A stretch of DNA of 64,000 nt from NCBI RefSeq assembly GCF_963921235.1, contig NC_086097.1, positions 70,558,001 through 70,622,000 on the forward strand, in the 5' to 3' direction. The notes beneath the pieces were generated by a model. That model did not search any database. It worked only from the letters and a program-made list of their open reading frames with translations, and was not told the DNA's origin. The stretch comes from Mobula hypostoma. Its lineage: Eukaryota. The first letter of the stretch is position 1. Each line of letters starts with the position of its first letter. The translations under genes and the position numbers were made by a program. Below are positions 1 through 13,751 of this stretch, piece after piece.

Positions 1-1099
1 TGCCCCACAGCTATACGTATTTTCATAAAACTGAGCTGCCTGCAAGCTCCTTCTCCAATTTCAAAATCTAATCCTTTGAAATGACCATTCTTTTACTTCC
101 TATAAACTTAAACAAATAACACAATTTAAGATTTGATTTCTTCTCTCTTGATTGTCTCTGCCTGCTCTAGGTGAAGGGGAGGCATTATTTGCATCCCTGT
201 CAGCATGGTTTATGTTGCTTGGAACAAAGGTTTGCAAATGGGATTATGTTCCTGTGTTAATTATGTTTGTATCTGTTATAATTGCACCAAATCTCCTCAG
301 TAGCATCTGTGTTATAAAAGTTTTGTATTGCTATCTATGACACGTATTATGACATGCATTGACACAATACGGAATCTCATTTTGAATCTCCATGGTGTAA
401 GTAAATTTACTGTTGTTGATCACCTTGAAATGTAGGCGGACTGAGTCTGTGCATGTGCCCAGAAAGTATAACCCGACCACCTTCTGGATACAAGACACGG
501 TCTCCCACGATCTGCTCCTTACAACTACATCAGGTGGTTCTGCTGTACTAACCTGTGGAGGTTATCAGAGCTCAGCGAAGAAATGAAAATGTGATAGAGG
601 CTGGATTTTGTTTCTGCTCAGCAATAACCATTTTCTCCATGACTTAGACCAAAACCCACACCAATCCTGGATATTGGAACGATGCTCAAGAAAGCGCGGG
701 TTTGCGTGGCTCAAAGGGCCAGGAGGGCCTATTCCATGCTGTATCCCAATAAACAAAGAAATACACAAATGTTCCAGTATCAATCTGGGGCAATGGAATT
801 TCCATTATTTACAGTAACTAATCTGGGTTTGTCTAATTATCTTAAATCAGCAAAGGTGCTTCTCGATTTGATCATTAGGAACTTGATTATTTGGAACTCT
901 GAACCTGAAGCAGGCATGAGTCAATCTGTACAGTGCAATGCCAATAGACGCAATGGCTGGTGACACAGAAGATCCAAACTAAATGGAGGAAAAGGGTGCA
1001 TTTATCTAAATTATTATTCCATTCACTGTTTGATTACTCTGTAATAAAAAGAACAAAGAATCAGCAGAATCTTTCTGAAGACTTACACATGTGTGTGAT

Positions 1100-1262
1100 T
1101 TTTTTTCATCTGAACACTTTAATGAAAGGTTATTGATCTGAACTTGAATTCTCTTCCTCTCTCCATAGATGCCATATAGGCTGCTGAGTATTTCTTGTAT
1201 ACTCTTGTGCTTTTTATTTTGCTTTTATTTCAGATTTCCAGCATCTGCAGTATTTTGCATTT
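1100..1262 (+). mobile_element. Old Penelope-like element (pLTR/3' end) remnant with decayed hammerhead
   Basis: Ends in tttcagatttccagcatctgcag like the copies at 14483 and 21340; hammerhead core degraded (taatgaaagg...ctgaac). Confidence 0.55.
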
Positions 1263-3037
1263 GACAGTGTTGTTTTTAAGTGCCTTTCCTAAGTTTACTG
1301 TCTTTGATTTACCATGACAATCATGTCAAAGTGCTGTGAGACAGTGCAGGAGACATGACATTAAATATACTGGTAATGTGATTGTGAAGCATTTGGTTTA
1401 ACCTTTGAGGCCAGGCAAGTAAACACTGTTAGTTCAATTCCTATTGGATTTTTCCCACTTTTGACAAGGATAAAAGGCAATGTCAGGATCACTCTGAGAA
1501 TATTTCATTTTGATTTATAAAATGTTAATTGGCTTTGGCTAGAGTAGAATATCTTTAGTTTGCCTTCCTTCCCAAAGGCTCTCATTGAAGTTAACCTTTC
1601 TTTGAAAAGGCTGCAAGGACACTTTAAATGTCTGCAGAACTTGAAGGTCACAGGTCTGACAGGGGGTTGGCCACGTTCTGCCAGACCACATCACCTGCCC
1701 AGGGCAAAATTCTACACTTTTACTGCATAATGTAGCTGGTCACACGGTCACGTCAGTGACGATTGTCAAGTATGGCTATTTCCTGGTTCAAGTTTATTCT
1801 TTTACAATAGAGATATCATATGGCATCTTACATATTATGCCCTCACTGCCTGCCTGTCACTTTTAAGTTTTTGTTTAAGATTGTTATTGATTGTGTAACT
1901 TCAATGTTGCTGTGATTGGCAGATAGATGAGGAGACTCTGAGAACTTATGCTTTGTAGAGATTATGCTGTCAGCCACGAACCTGATATAGGGTCAATGAG
2001 ATATATCCTATTGCGTGCCTGTTTTGTTGTTATTTAGGCTGTTGTTAATTTTCTCAATATGTACCGTACATAAATTACTGTGTACTGACTTTAAACTCTG
2101 AATCTTTCAACAAACCCTTATTCATCCTGTCACTAACATCATGGAGCTTACCAGAAAAACACAATACAAAATCTCTGTGCTTCAAACCCCCGCTCTGTTT
2201 CATCAAGCTAAGTTCAAAAGTTCAGATGATTTAGAAATACAAACAGATGGAAAAAGTTAATTGCTTCTTCTATTTGCTTTATGATATAACACGCTGTTTA
2301 CAATTCCATACTTTTAATTTAACACATATACATTTTAGACAATTTTCCATTTGAATTTACTCCCTTTTGAGACCTTATCTTTCTTAAGCTGTTCTACATT
2401 CATTTTAACTATTTTCCCCACTTTTCTAATTATGTTCACCATCATTAAATATTCTTTTTGATTTTCCAAATACATTTAGTTATCCGTCAAGACAACAGTT
2501 TATTGTATCTGTGACACCAAATCTGAGGCACTTCAATATAGTACAAAATTTATAAATAGAAAAATGGGTACTTCTGAGAAAAGAATGGATTCTGTACATG
2601 TATCTTTTTAATGAAGGGAGATCTGCGGGCATATTGTAACTCCCAACATATGGAAGGAATATTGCATGCTGACTGATTCAGCCTTGTCATTAGCATGAAG
2701 TCTGATCAACCTCTACTGCTGACTGCCACGTGAGTTCTGTCTATGGCCTGATCTGGAAGCTCTTTCCACTCGCCACTACCTTTAAAGTAAGCAACGGTGA
2801 GCAATCTGATATGATCAGAATGAGAATTTCAATAACTGGGACCTGTAAAAACTAGCTAACTAGTGATCTGTGCATATTCTGTAAACACAGTTTTAAACAT
2901 CTCTATCAAAGCACATTAATGCAAGAAGAAGCTAACTCTGGACTAAAAAGTCCTAGATGTAGAAATTGTGCATGGCTTGATTTACCTAAAGAAACTTTTA
3001 TACAGAAGAATGGCTGACAAAAAAAAATTGCTCTGCT

Positions 3038-3290
3038 AACTCGCACCAATAAGTTGGATCTGGCAGTTTAACTGACTCACAGTACTAAGTTTGACCTGAT
3101 AGTTTAACTAACTAACACCATTAAGTTTATCCTGGTGGTTGACCTTTATGGGGACCACTACCACTAAGTTTGACCTGGTGATTTAACTTAATTGTCATCA
3201 CTAAGTTTAGTCTAGCATTTTAGCTAATTAGCACCCAACTAAGTTTGACCAGGTTGGGTTAACTAACTAGCACCGCCAAGATTGACCCAC
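3038..3290. repeat. Degenerate minisatellite, ~36-bp unit, ~6-7 copies
   Basis: Recurring unit close to actaagtttgacctggtagtttaactaactagcacc. Confidence 0.8.
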
Positions 3291-3509
3291 AGCTTTTAGA
3301 TCTGTCCTGTGTGCAGAGTCAGTCTGCTCTGTGTGACGACACATCACAGGATGTTAGCCATAGCCTTCAGCAGGGTTTGGGGTTGTACTGGAGGATGCCC
3401 ATCCACTTGGACTGGCCAGTTGCTGAGACCACCTCACTAACAGTACGCAGCAGCTTCTCCTGATCTGCTAGGAGCCTGGCCACCTTGTTCGCTTTCTGGT
3501 CTGCTGGTT

Positions 3510-3693
3510 ATTTAAAATGGATTGAGTATATTTAAAGCCGAGGTTGATAGGTTTTTGATTAGTCACAGCGTTAAAGGTTACTGGAAGAAGACAGGAGAAT
3601 GGAGTTGAGAGGGATAATAAATTAGCCATGATGGAACGGCAGAGCAGACTCAACGAGCCGAACGACCTAATTCTGCTTCTAAGTCTTGTGGTC
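3510..3693 (+). mobile_element. CR1 LINE 3' end fragment
   Basis: Similar to the 3' end of the CR1 at 62360-62544 (atatttaaagccgaggttgatagg...gcagagcagactc...tcttgtggtc). Confidence 0.8.
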
Positions 3694-5170
3694 CGCTGAA
3701 GCTCTTCTGTCCACTGGGAAGTTCCCAGTTGTCTTACCAGCAGCTTAGAACTGGGTGATATATCTCTGGAAATTTTGAAAATAATGAAGATGAAAGAAAA
3801 TTCCTAATTTGTGGTGCTCAAGGAATTAGTCCGAGATTGAAAAATATTTTAAAATGTGATCATGGCACTGCAATGAAACTTATATTTTTATATTTAATTT
3901 TGTATATGGGTGCTTCATCTCTTTATTCTTAAATAAAGTAAGTGACTAAAACGGACATAGAAGGGCCAATTTATTCAAATGATTCTTTGCTTAACTTTGG
4001 TTTAAGACTTCTTTAAGCATAGAATTTAGCTGACACTGCACAGGATTTCACACAGTAAGATTCTTCACAATATCCTAACTGAGAACAGCTGCAACTCACT
4101 CTCTTGTCCAGAGGGAGTTGCAAAGAAAAGGCACTCTTGGGTTTCATTCGCTTTACCAGCTGGCCGAGAAAAAGACGATCTGCTGCCTGCTCCTCAGTCC
4201 TACTTTTCTGACACTGATGACTAATTTTTGACACTCGCCACTTCCCTGTGCACAAATTATGGACTAATTCATCCAGACGTAAGCTTTGACATGCATGTAT
4301 TCTTTCCAGTTACAATATAACATTTGTACTAATCTATACCGATCCACAGTTAATGAAAGAAACTCTTATGTAGTACCAGTAGATCATGAATTGGTTAAAG
4401 TAGTGAAAAAAACTGCACAATTATTGCTTTGCACTTAATTTGCTCCTTAATCTGTTAATAAATTAATAACTAATACAACTTTCAATTACTTTTAATAGTG
4501 AAATGATTTTAAGCATGATGCAGTCAATGTAAATTCTGCAGAAATTGCAGCTGATGTGTACCTATTAATATAAACGTATTTAATTCCCTTCCAGTTTGCA
4601 CACTTAAAAACTTCCATTCCTCTTCAGAAAATGAAGTGCTTTGCAATTTGGTTATTGGCCACAGTGCTCCCGTGAAGTCCAAGCAGGACAGTCTACCTGA
4701 TGCTGGCTGAGGCCAACAGGCCCCATCCATAACAGCTGGAGATGCACCTGTCTCAAGGCCATGATGTAGCCAGGCTGAATTGAATGTATTTACAGCTCTT
4801 TTCAAACATCCAAAGCTGAAGGGATAAGGAGGCATTATACTGGAAAAAAAATGAGTTTAAAGTTAGCCTTGACTGTAGGACATGAAAATATGAAAACTGC
4901 CTGTGCTGGGGTTTTTGATATGAAAGATAACTTAGTTAATGTGAACATGAAACCTGATTTTCTAAAAGACACTCTCTTTGGACAGATGTGCTTTGACCAG
5001 TTGTGCGTTTGTACCATTTTTTTTAAGAACAACTTGTCCCCCTCAATGGCTGAAATGAATACGATATAGGAGTTCAAAGAGAACAAAGAAGCTCTCTTTT
5101 TGCCGCTACTGCACATAATGGAACTGCTTGAAGATCAGTGATGGTAAAAAATATGAGTATACATAGAGAT

Positions 5171-5325
5171 CACAAACAAGACAAAATCCGCAGATGCTAG
5201 AAGTCCGAGCAACATACCCAAAATGCTGGAGGAACTCAGCAGGCCAGGCAGCATCTATGGAAAAGAGTAAACAATTGACGTTTTGGGCCGAGACCCTTCA
5301 GCAGTCCTGCTGCACTCTTTTCCAC
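5171..5325 (-). mobile_element. Short Penelope-derived insertion with mutated hammerhead, 12-bp TSD
   Basis: Flanked by atacatagagat at 5159-5170 and 5326-5337; minus strand reads CUGCUGA-AGGGUCUCGGCCC-AAAACGUC; short inverted piece at 5311-5325. Confidence 0.75.
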
Positions 5326-6769
5326 ATACATAGAGATGTCTTTTGGTTGAGTGATCCTGTTCCATCCTCCTGACTGAAGTGTGAAGAGAATAACTTGGAT
5401 TGCAAGACCAAACAGAGGGGGTATGATTACTGATTTGAATGAGAAATTTTTATAGTCTCAGGGAAAGTCTAAAAACAGATTAAGACTTCTACATTTCCTA
5501 AACTGTTAATTTCTCTAAATAGTTGAGTTTGTATGCTCAAGCCATCTGAGCAGCACTTTAGAAAGGAGTATGTTTCTCCAATAAGCAGCAGAAGGTTCAT
5601 TCTGTATTTGGCAGACGGAAAAGAACCAATTCTGTCAATACTTAAAAAATAAAATTTTCCTATTTACTGTATCTTAAAAGATCTTTGATACCTTTTGATC
5701 ATTTAAAAATGGAATGATACCGATGAATTTCTAATAAAGTCAAATGAGAACAAATGCCAAATGAAGGAATTTGAGACTCACTAAATCTTTGTTACCACAG
5801 ACCTTGGGGAGTTAATACAGTCCTGTAGTGTGATTCATTCCTTTCATATCTACCCAGGGTCAATAATGATAGCGTACATAAAGCTGACAAATAAATGAGG
5901 TTCAACATTAAGTGTGGCTGTGCTCGTTGCTGCAACCAATGATCACAAAGCACACTTGTAAAATGCTAGGAAACAACAGTTACCATAGCAACTGTCACTT
6001 TTTTTTAGGTTATTCAAGCCTCAATATAACGTCTGATAAGATATTTAGGATGATCGAAAATTTTGGAGAGCAGGGATCACATATCAGTGACATTACAAAT
6101 TATTGAAAAATAGGTATTCTAGTCACCTTTGCTAAAATACAAATTGGATCTCAGGCAGGCTGGTGCTTGAGAATGAAGGAGGCACCGTTACACATGTGGA
6201 ATGCTAATGAGCTAGTTCTTAAAGCTGCTGTCGAAGCTTGTATCTCTAGGGATGTCACTGCCATATACAGACTGTAAAACTAAATATCTAAATATATTCA
6301 CACTGCAAATATTTTGTAATCAGTAAATCGCACTAATGTGCTTCTAATGTCTACAATTTCACTCCACTCTCCAAATCACATTGATGAGTATGCAGGAACT
6401 CTAAATTATTCACAATCTCTTTCTATACAATATTTAAAGTTGTTTAGCTAACAATACTTACACCAATAGTTATTAGATTGATATTTTGTTCCATATGTTC
6501 ATTATAAACACATTATTTCAAATTATACAGCTCTACCATACTCTGCCAAATCATTTTCAGCTTGAAATAACATAGACTAAAATGATAAGGAAGTTTCAAC
6601 CAAACTGACAAATACTGCTCAGTGTGAAATGAAACCCTTTCACATGCTGTTACAGTAAAAAGTTGGAGAAAAACATATCGGGACATGTAGAGTAAGTTCT
6701 CTGTCAAATGCTGAAAGTAGTTCATATTTTCTTTATTCTGCATATCTTGGCATTACAGGCACGAAACTC

Positions 6770-7152
6770 TATAAGACCATAAGGCTTAACAGCAGAATTA
6801 GGCTATTCAGCCCAGCAAGTTTGCTCTGCCATTCAATAATGGCTGATTTATTTTCCCTCTTAACACCTTTCTCCTGCAAGGAATAGAGTTTTGGTGAATT
6901 AACTACAAACACAAGAATATGCACAAGAAAATTGGAGCAGGGATGGGACACCTGGCCCCTTAAGTCAGTCTGTCATTCAACATAATTGGGGTTCAATTCT
7001 TCCATTTCCTGATTTTTCAAAAATGTATCCATCTCCTCTTTAAATACGTCCAATGATCCAGCCTCTGCAACTCTTTGTAGTGGGGCGTAGAGGGTGGAGA
7101 ATTCCAGATATTTACCACCTTCTGCAAGAAGAATTTCTTATGCACCTCATTG
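6770..7152 (-). mobile_element. Two adjacent CR1 3' end fragments
   Basis: ataagaccataagg tail at 6770; minus ORF contains KFFLQKVVNIWNS, matching the CR1 ORF2 C-terminus. Confidence 0.75.
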
Positions 7153-7182
7153 TCGGATGAGGACGTGGAAGGAGGAGGAAGA

Positions 7183-7500
7183 TGGCATAATGGTACAGCT
7201 AGTGGAGCCACTGCCTCACAGTGCCAAACATCCAGGTTAAATCCTGACCTCCAGAGCTGTCTGTGTGGACTTTGCTCATTCTCCCTGCGAGCACATGTGT
7301 TACTCTGGGTATTCCATAATTCTCATCACGTGGTTTGATCGGATAATTGAGTGGCTCCTTTTGTGCTGGGTCAGTGGTAGAGTCTGGGGAAAGCTGCCAG
7401 TTAAGTAGGAGAATAAATTATGGGATCAATGTAGGATTGGTATAAATGGGCACTTGGAGGGCTGATGGCCTGTTTCTGTGCTGTATCATTTCATGATTCT
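7183..7500 (+). mobile_element. tRNA-derived SINE (V-SINE/HE1-like) with CR1-type tail
   Basis: tRNA-like head (ggtacagctagtggagccactgcctcacag...ggttaaatcc), gtgtggactttgc..ttctccc core, tail ggcctgtttctgtgctgtat. Confidence 0.7.
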
Positions 7501-8424
7501 ACATCTTTACAATGAGGATGAGAATGAAAGGGAGGAGAAGGAGGAAGAGAAGAGGAACTATGAGGAGGTGAAATACGACGATGTCCACTGCCTTCTAGTG
7601 ATTAGTGCAAATTGTCGCATGTATGAAGGTACCTGGGAGAGTGGATGAGAACATGGGGAGAATAAAAATGTAGAGATAGTGTAAGTGGACTGTTGATGAG
7701 TGGCATGAACTTGATGGGCAGAAGGGCTTGCTTCTATACTATACCTGTCCAAGACCCTAGGACAAGGAAAAGGAGGAGAACAAAGAGAGTGAGTAGAGGA
7801 GCAGGGGGTAAGGAGGAGAGGCTGTTCCAGAGATGTTTTTCATTTGAATCTTTTTTTCACTTCACTTTTCCCAGCTTCTTGCTACCTAGAAAATGCACAG
7901 CTTTAGCTTTGTAGGGTTAAAAGTGGATTCCCTCACATTGAACTCCACCCATCCCAGTTTTGACTACTTCTTCCATTCTTGGCCCTTGACAACTCTTTCC
8001 TCCCATTGGCATGACTTGTAAAGCTATGGAGTACCATTAGAAAGCCTGGGTGAATGGTTCAGTGTTTGAGCTGATAGTTATTCCTCAACTATCACATAAA
8101 ATTCAGATAAGATAACCCATTTCTGAGGTTCTTAGAGATGTCTGGAGGACATATGAGTCATGTCCAGTCAATCACATCTTTTATTTACTCTATTGTCTTT
8201 CACTTCTTACTAATGTGTGCTTGTATTGTTATGGTGACCATGTAAGTAACATCCATTGACTCCATTACGGTTAATTAGTGTCCCAAGAGTTTTAATTGGT
8301 CCTGAGAGAATTGTCTACCCTTTACAAATCACCAATGACTTTCTCTAATGAGCTCAAATGTGTTCATCAACCTTATATAATAAATTTGAATAAATTTATT
8401 CCAAATTATGTTAGAATTACTTAG

Positions 8425-8770
8425 CAGAAAACTGAAGGAGGCCATTCAGGCCATGAGGTTGATGCCAGCTTCACTCACCCTCATGATCCCTCTCATTAAT
8501 TCCCTGTCCCTGATGACATATTCTCTCTCTCAGACCCATCAACCCATGCCCCACCTCTACCCCTTTGATTCTTTTTCCATTTACCTGTGCTTGGAATAAT
8601 CTGCACTGACCACTGAGCACTTTAATCTGCCAGTATATCTCTGGGATGTGGGAGGAAACTATGGCACCCATAGGAAACCTTCACAGTCAGGGAGAGAGAA
8701 GGTGCAGACTCTTCACCAACCACAGCCAAGGCCCGGAACAAACCCGTACTCCCAGAGTTGTGAGGCAATA
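8425..8770 (-). mobile_element. Degenerate tRNA/V-type SINE
   Basis: ctgggatgtgggaggaaac...gcacccataggaaacc...gtgcagactc...tgtgaggca is the reverse complement of the SINE core and head. Confidence 0.6.
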
Positions 8771-11700
8771 TCATGGACCTCAGTTTATTAGTTGATTCCT
8801 CACTTCCTTCAATAACAGAGTGACATTGGTGGCTTTCAGTGCAGGGGTTCAATTTCTGTACCAGTTCACTTTTATAAAATATGAGCGAGGCAGCTACAAC
8901 CTCCTTCCCCTCTTTTGGTACTGATGGGGAACCATTGTGCCTTGTTGATGTGTCCACATTTGGCCTTATTACTGACTTCTTCCTGAAATTAATTCTAGGG
9001 TATTTCCTCTCCTTATTTTAACTGTAGTTTTCCTCCTAGTTCCAGAACTTTATCCACATCCTTGTATAGTGATCAATACACTCTAACATTTCCCGACGTT
9101 AAATTTTTAAATTACAATATCACCAGTGTCTAGCTTTAAGGGGCACACATTATCTGTAGAACAGCTCTTGCAAATTGACAGCATCATACATCTGACTCTG
9201 GTAGAATGTATTGTGAGAAACAACTAAATCAACAGTGACCTGCAGGCCAGAGTAGTGTGTTGTTATAATGTGTGAATAAATGGTTTTGTGCTACGGGCTC
9301 TATTGCCATGGTTACAGTGATTTTTCACTTGTATATGTTAGAGAACTCAGAGCTGTTGACACTGTCACAGCACCTTTGCAAGCAATCGGAAAACCCTATG
9401 AGTTAGTTGTGATGCTTTTAACTATACCTGCAGGAACAGGCTGATTTGTTGCCAAGGTTTTTGATAGAACGGCCTGTTTACTATTCTAAGATGGGACTTA
9501 ATTTGCATGAAACTTTGAATACTGTCATCGTTAACTCATCAACTCCTTCTAACCTTATATGGCTTTATTAATTTAGCCAGATAGAAGCCACTGCCCCTCA
9601 CCCCAACCCAGATGTTCTCAGAACTCCTGTGGTATATTACTGATATGCTGCTGTTTGGATATCAGTTCAAGACATTTGATGTAGAATAAAGAGATAATTA
9701 AAACAAAAAAATGTTTTGTATTTAATCATTTTCTGTGCACAACAAAAATAGCTATAAACCAGAATGTTGAGAATGTTGGCCAGGAGTTGAGAGGTGGAAG
9801 AGACACCTTTTGGTCAAAATCTTAGACCTAACAAGTTGACGTATATCGATAGTGTAAATCAAACCCCTTGCCAGCGAGTGCCATCTCTCTCATGTACGTC
9901 AATAGTCACCCTAATTTGCATGTAAACTTCCCCCGTACTCAAATGAAAGTTCTGCTGGAATTAAATTACTGGCTATGATGTTTTTGCTCTGAATATATAT
10001 AACTGAACAATTACTGTAACCATGGCAATAGAATAATACTGCATCAAACTGCTTCTAGACTGAACAGATATTTTATCAGCCAGCATGAACATTGACATCT
10101 AATTTGAATATGGATTCCAACAAATCCGATCTTGATTTAAATACTGAATCAAGCAAGAAGCAGGATTTTCTGAAATAAATTTGCCAAGTCCGGCTTTCTG
10201 AAGACTTTATGTCCCCCATAGTTTTTAGGTATGAAAGTTGCAAAGTATGTCCAGAGGTTTTACCAAAATAGCATTGTTTGCCTTACGATATGTGCATAAA
10301 TACTCTCCATGTGACGTGTAAGCAAACTGCAATGGCCATTTGGCCATTTGCATTTTGCTGTAACTTGAAACTTACCAAAGGTGAAGCTCGAAATTTAAGG
10401 GTTCACAGATGCCCAGCTTGTCTTCTAATGAACTAGATCTGGAGCACCCAGCTTGTAATTAATTAGACCTGGGAGCACCCACCTTGTAATTACCATATCA
10501 TAAATACTGATTGGCAGCAAAATAGTTTTTAGACCATCCCATTTCACAACTTTCAATTATTCAGTGTCAGTGCAATGCTGGTGTTGGTTCTTTATCTTCA
10601 TATAATTACTTGAAAAGAACAGCAATTGTTTAATGACCAGCAGTTCCTTTTGTTTTGAATCAGAGGCCCAATGCATTGTCCCAGCAAAGGATGGTGATCC
10701 AGACGATGCACAGCTCATCACAGGCAATTTGAGAAAGTTTTGGGTGGAAGTTAGGAGGCAGTCTTTAGCCCACTTGTCAAAGGAAAAGTTGTAAATTGAA
10801 AACCTTTCCTCTGCTCTCTCTTTCCATATTCCCAACCTTGGAATACTTGGGCATAGTTTGATACATAATGTTGGGGATTTCCATGGGCATATGGAGGGAT
10901 TGTGACAGCCACCATCTCTGAAAGTAGATTTACAGTCTCTGTGAAACTCTTTTCTGGTTTATTTCATTAGGAAAACGAGCTCCAGTATTTGTAAGTGTGA
11001 ATGTCCTAACCTCCCTCCTTTGCACCTGAGGATTTACTGATACTCTTCTAAAGACGGATGTTTCAGTTTTAGCTGAACTCCTGTAATATACAACCGCATA
11101 TTTGTTGGTCTTGCTTCTGCCAACCTCTGTGCAAACTCACTGGAATAAGTTTATAAAACTTAATTTACAAATTGACTGAATCAGGCCTGGCAGGATGGAT
11201 GCATAGTGGTGCGGGATGGGGATATTTCTACATTTCCTGATGACATAGAAGGTGCCACTTGTCTGCTAATAATGTGACCCATGGAGTCTATGATAGCTGC
11301 AAAGTAACAAATGGTTTAAAATTAATAACTAGCCATCCTTTGGAAATACCAAGTCTTCAGAACTGACAAACGCTTTAAAAAATTATTTGAAATAAATAAA
11401 GCCTTTCTATACACAAAATCATGTCACAATTCATCACTATTAGTGACATTGAATCATTAATAAACATTGTCATTTTTGTTTAAAGATATCAATATGGGTT
11501 TTATATATGTTAAAATAAAGTGTTCTTCACACAAGCGTCTTGTAGATGGTCTCGATTGTCAGCCTAGACCTCTCCAAAAAGTGATGCACCAATGCAACTG
11601 AGATTTGTGAGGAAAATATCCAAGAGTTACCCTTAGATAGCCTTACAGTAGAGACTTCAGCTACTGAGCAATGTGCACAGAAGATTCAGCCTTTGAATCA

Positions 11701-13198
11701 ATGTCATTATCACTGGCTCAGATCCAGAGAAGAAAAATGTAGTGTGCCATAATTAATTTCATATGTGTGTGGTTTCCATTGTTAAAATTAAAGTTAAAAG
11801 GCAAAGTGGTATAAAAGTGAAATGGGACACTTGTTGGAGATGAATGATACAAAGAGAGTACCCGGAGACACACGGGACACTTAGATGCAAGGTTTCCTTT
11901 GTTTTCAGCAGAAGATGCAAACTTACTTTGTCTGTGTGTATAACTTCTTCTGTAAGAACTTCTATCAATCATCCTTATGGAGGTATCCCTTACCCATTCA
12001 GGGAATTTTACGGATAGTCTGAATTGGAAGAAAGGTTGAACCCAGAAACAAAAGTCCAAGTAAAACAAACATCACCACTGTCAAAGGATTTAATGATTCT
12101 GGACTGTGGAAGCTAAATCCTGCGTCCAGCTGAATACAAGAGACTGAGTCATCCACACCAATCGCATCAGTTCTCAAGTAAGTTAATTGCAGCCCATATA
12201 CAACACAAATGGATTTTTTTTGGCATTTAAGAGATATCATAAACACTCCAATTTATAAACTCTAACTTGGGTCACTAGTGTAGATAATCTTCAGTCATCA
12301 TTTGAAAATAGAGCACTTCCAGAAAGTAATCATTTTATTAAATAGTTCTGTCCATCCATTAATGATTCACCAGTCAAGCTCAAAGTAACTCTGCAATACG
12401 TTCAAATGCCATGTGCTCTGGCTTCTCCTCAGTGATTTGACAAAGAAGACTTTCTTTACTCACACTGCAGTTTCAAACCAACTTGTTAAGATAAATAAAT
12501 GGAATGATAAACCATGCCAGGTTAAGTTTAAGAAGGGAGGTATTATTTGGATCACAGTTATCAGCAGACTGAAACCCTTCTTTTGAATATAACTAATTCC
12601 TAATTAAGTATTTATCATTAAAGGAAGGTTCACTTAATGTCAGCAAATATTCTCCAGAATTTTTTGTTCAGGGATGGTAATGAAGAAAATCTAACTGTTG
12701 CTTTTAGTGTGTGCTGTGGCATGTTCATGACTGAGTCCTAATCTATTGTTGATCACTGATTGAAGTATATATGACTTATCCACTCAGCATCCACCAGACC
12801 AAGATCTTCTTCCAACCTATCCAGCCTACACTACCACTGTCCTTTAATAATGGTTTACAAGGGGACCTTGGTAAACATGAATGACTGCCATACTTTGAGA
12901 ACCACCTCATGGTCAAGGCAGGCATTAATGATAAAGTTCATCAATAGCTTTGATGTGCCAACACTTGAGGAAAATTCCAGACCTCAGCCCTGGCATAAAA
13001 CTCATTGTCTACCTGGCAGCAGTGATCCCTGCCCTTCCATTAATTTCGAGACCTGGATTAGTTACAGTAAGAGAAAGTACCAATGCTGTCCCAGTAAAAT
13101 CCTGTACATTTACTGGAAGGGTAAGCAAACCAACAGCATCCTCTTCTATGCCAGCATATCAAGAATTGAGGCCTCGGTTGTTATTTTGGGTAGTTACA

Positions 13199-13751
13199 TA
13201 CTATTGGTGCTCGTTTTATTAGGAACACCTGTACTCCTGCTCGTTAATGCAAATATCTAATCAGCCAATCATGTTGCATTAATTCAATACATAAAAAAGT
13301 ACATACGTAGTCAAGAGCTTCAGTTGTTGTTCAGACCAGACATTAGAATGGGGAAGAAATGTGATCTAAGTGACTGACTGTGGAGCTTTGGTGTCAGACG
13401 GGGTGGTATGAGCATCTCAGAAACTGCTGATTTTTCACATACAACAGTCTATAGAGTTTACAGAGAATGGTGCGATAAACAATAAATATCCAGTGACTGA
13501 AAGTTCTGTGGGCAAAAATGCCTTGTTAGTGAGAGAGGCCAGGGAATGGCCAGACTGGTTTAAACTGACAAGGAGATGACAGTGACTCAAATAACCATGT
13601 GTTACAACAGTTGGTGTGCAGAAGAGCATCTCTGAACGCACAACTCCTTGAACCATGAAGTGGATGGTCTACAGCATCAGAAGACCACAAACATACACTC
13701 AGTGGCTACTCTATTAGGTATAAGAGGTACATAGTAAAGTGGCCCAGAGTG
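13199..13751 (+). mobile_element. Non-autonomous Tc1/mariner derivative with decayed transposase N-terminus
   Basis: Fragmented MGKKCDLSD...GMSISETAD...TTVYRVYREWC...MARLV...VTQIT...QKSISERT paired-like domain; TIR-like cactcagtgg..tattagg; TA at 13752-13753. Confidence 0.85.

Noticed and set aside
435..585. ~50-codon open frame after a TAG acceptor
   Set aside because: Weak splice signals and no recognisable homology.
3038..3290. CRISPR-like spacing of repeats
   Set aside because: Vertebrate context, no cas genes, and the 'spacers' resemble each other, so it is a minisatellite.
10663..10795. Acceptor followed by a ~43-codon open frame
   Set aside because: No convincing donor and no recognisable peptide.
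12001..12177. Exon-like segment (cag acceptor to gtaagt donor)
   Set aside because: Stops in all three frames; at most a non-coding exon, unsupported.
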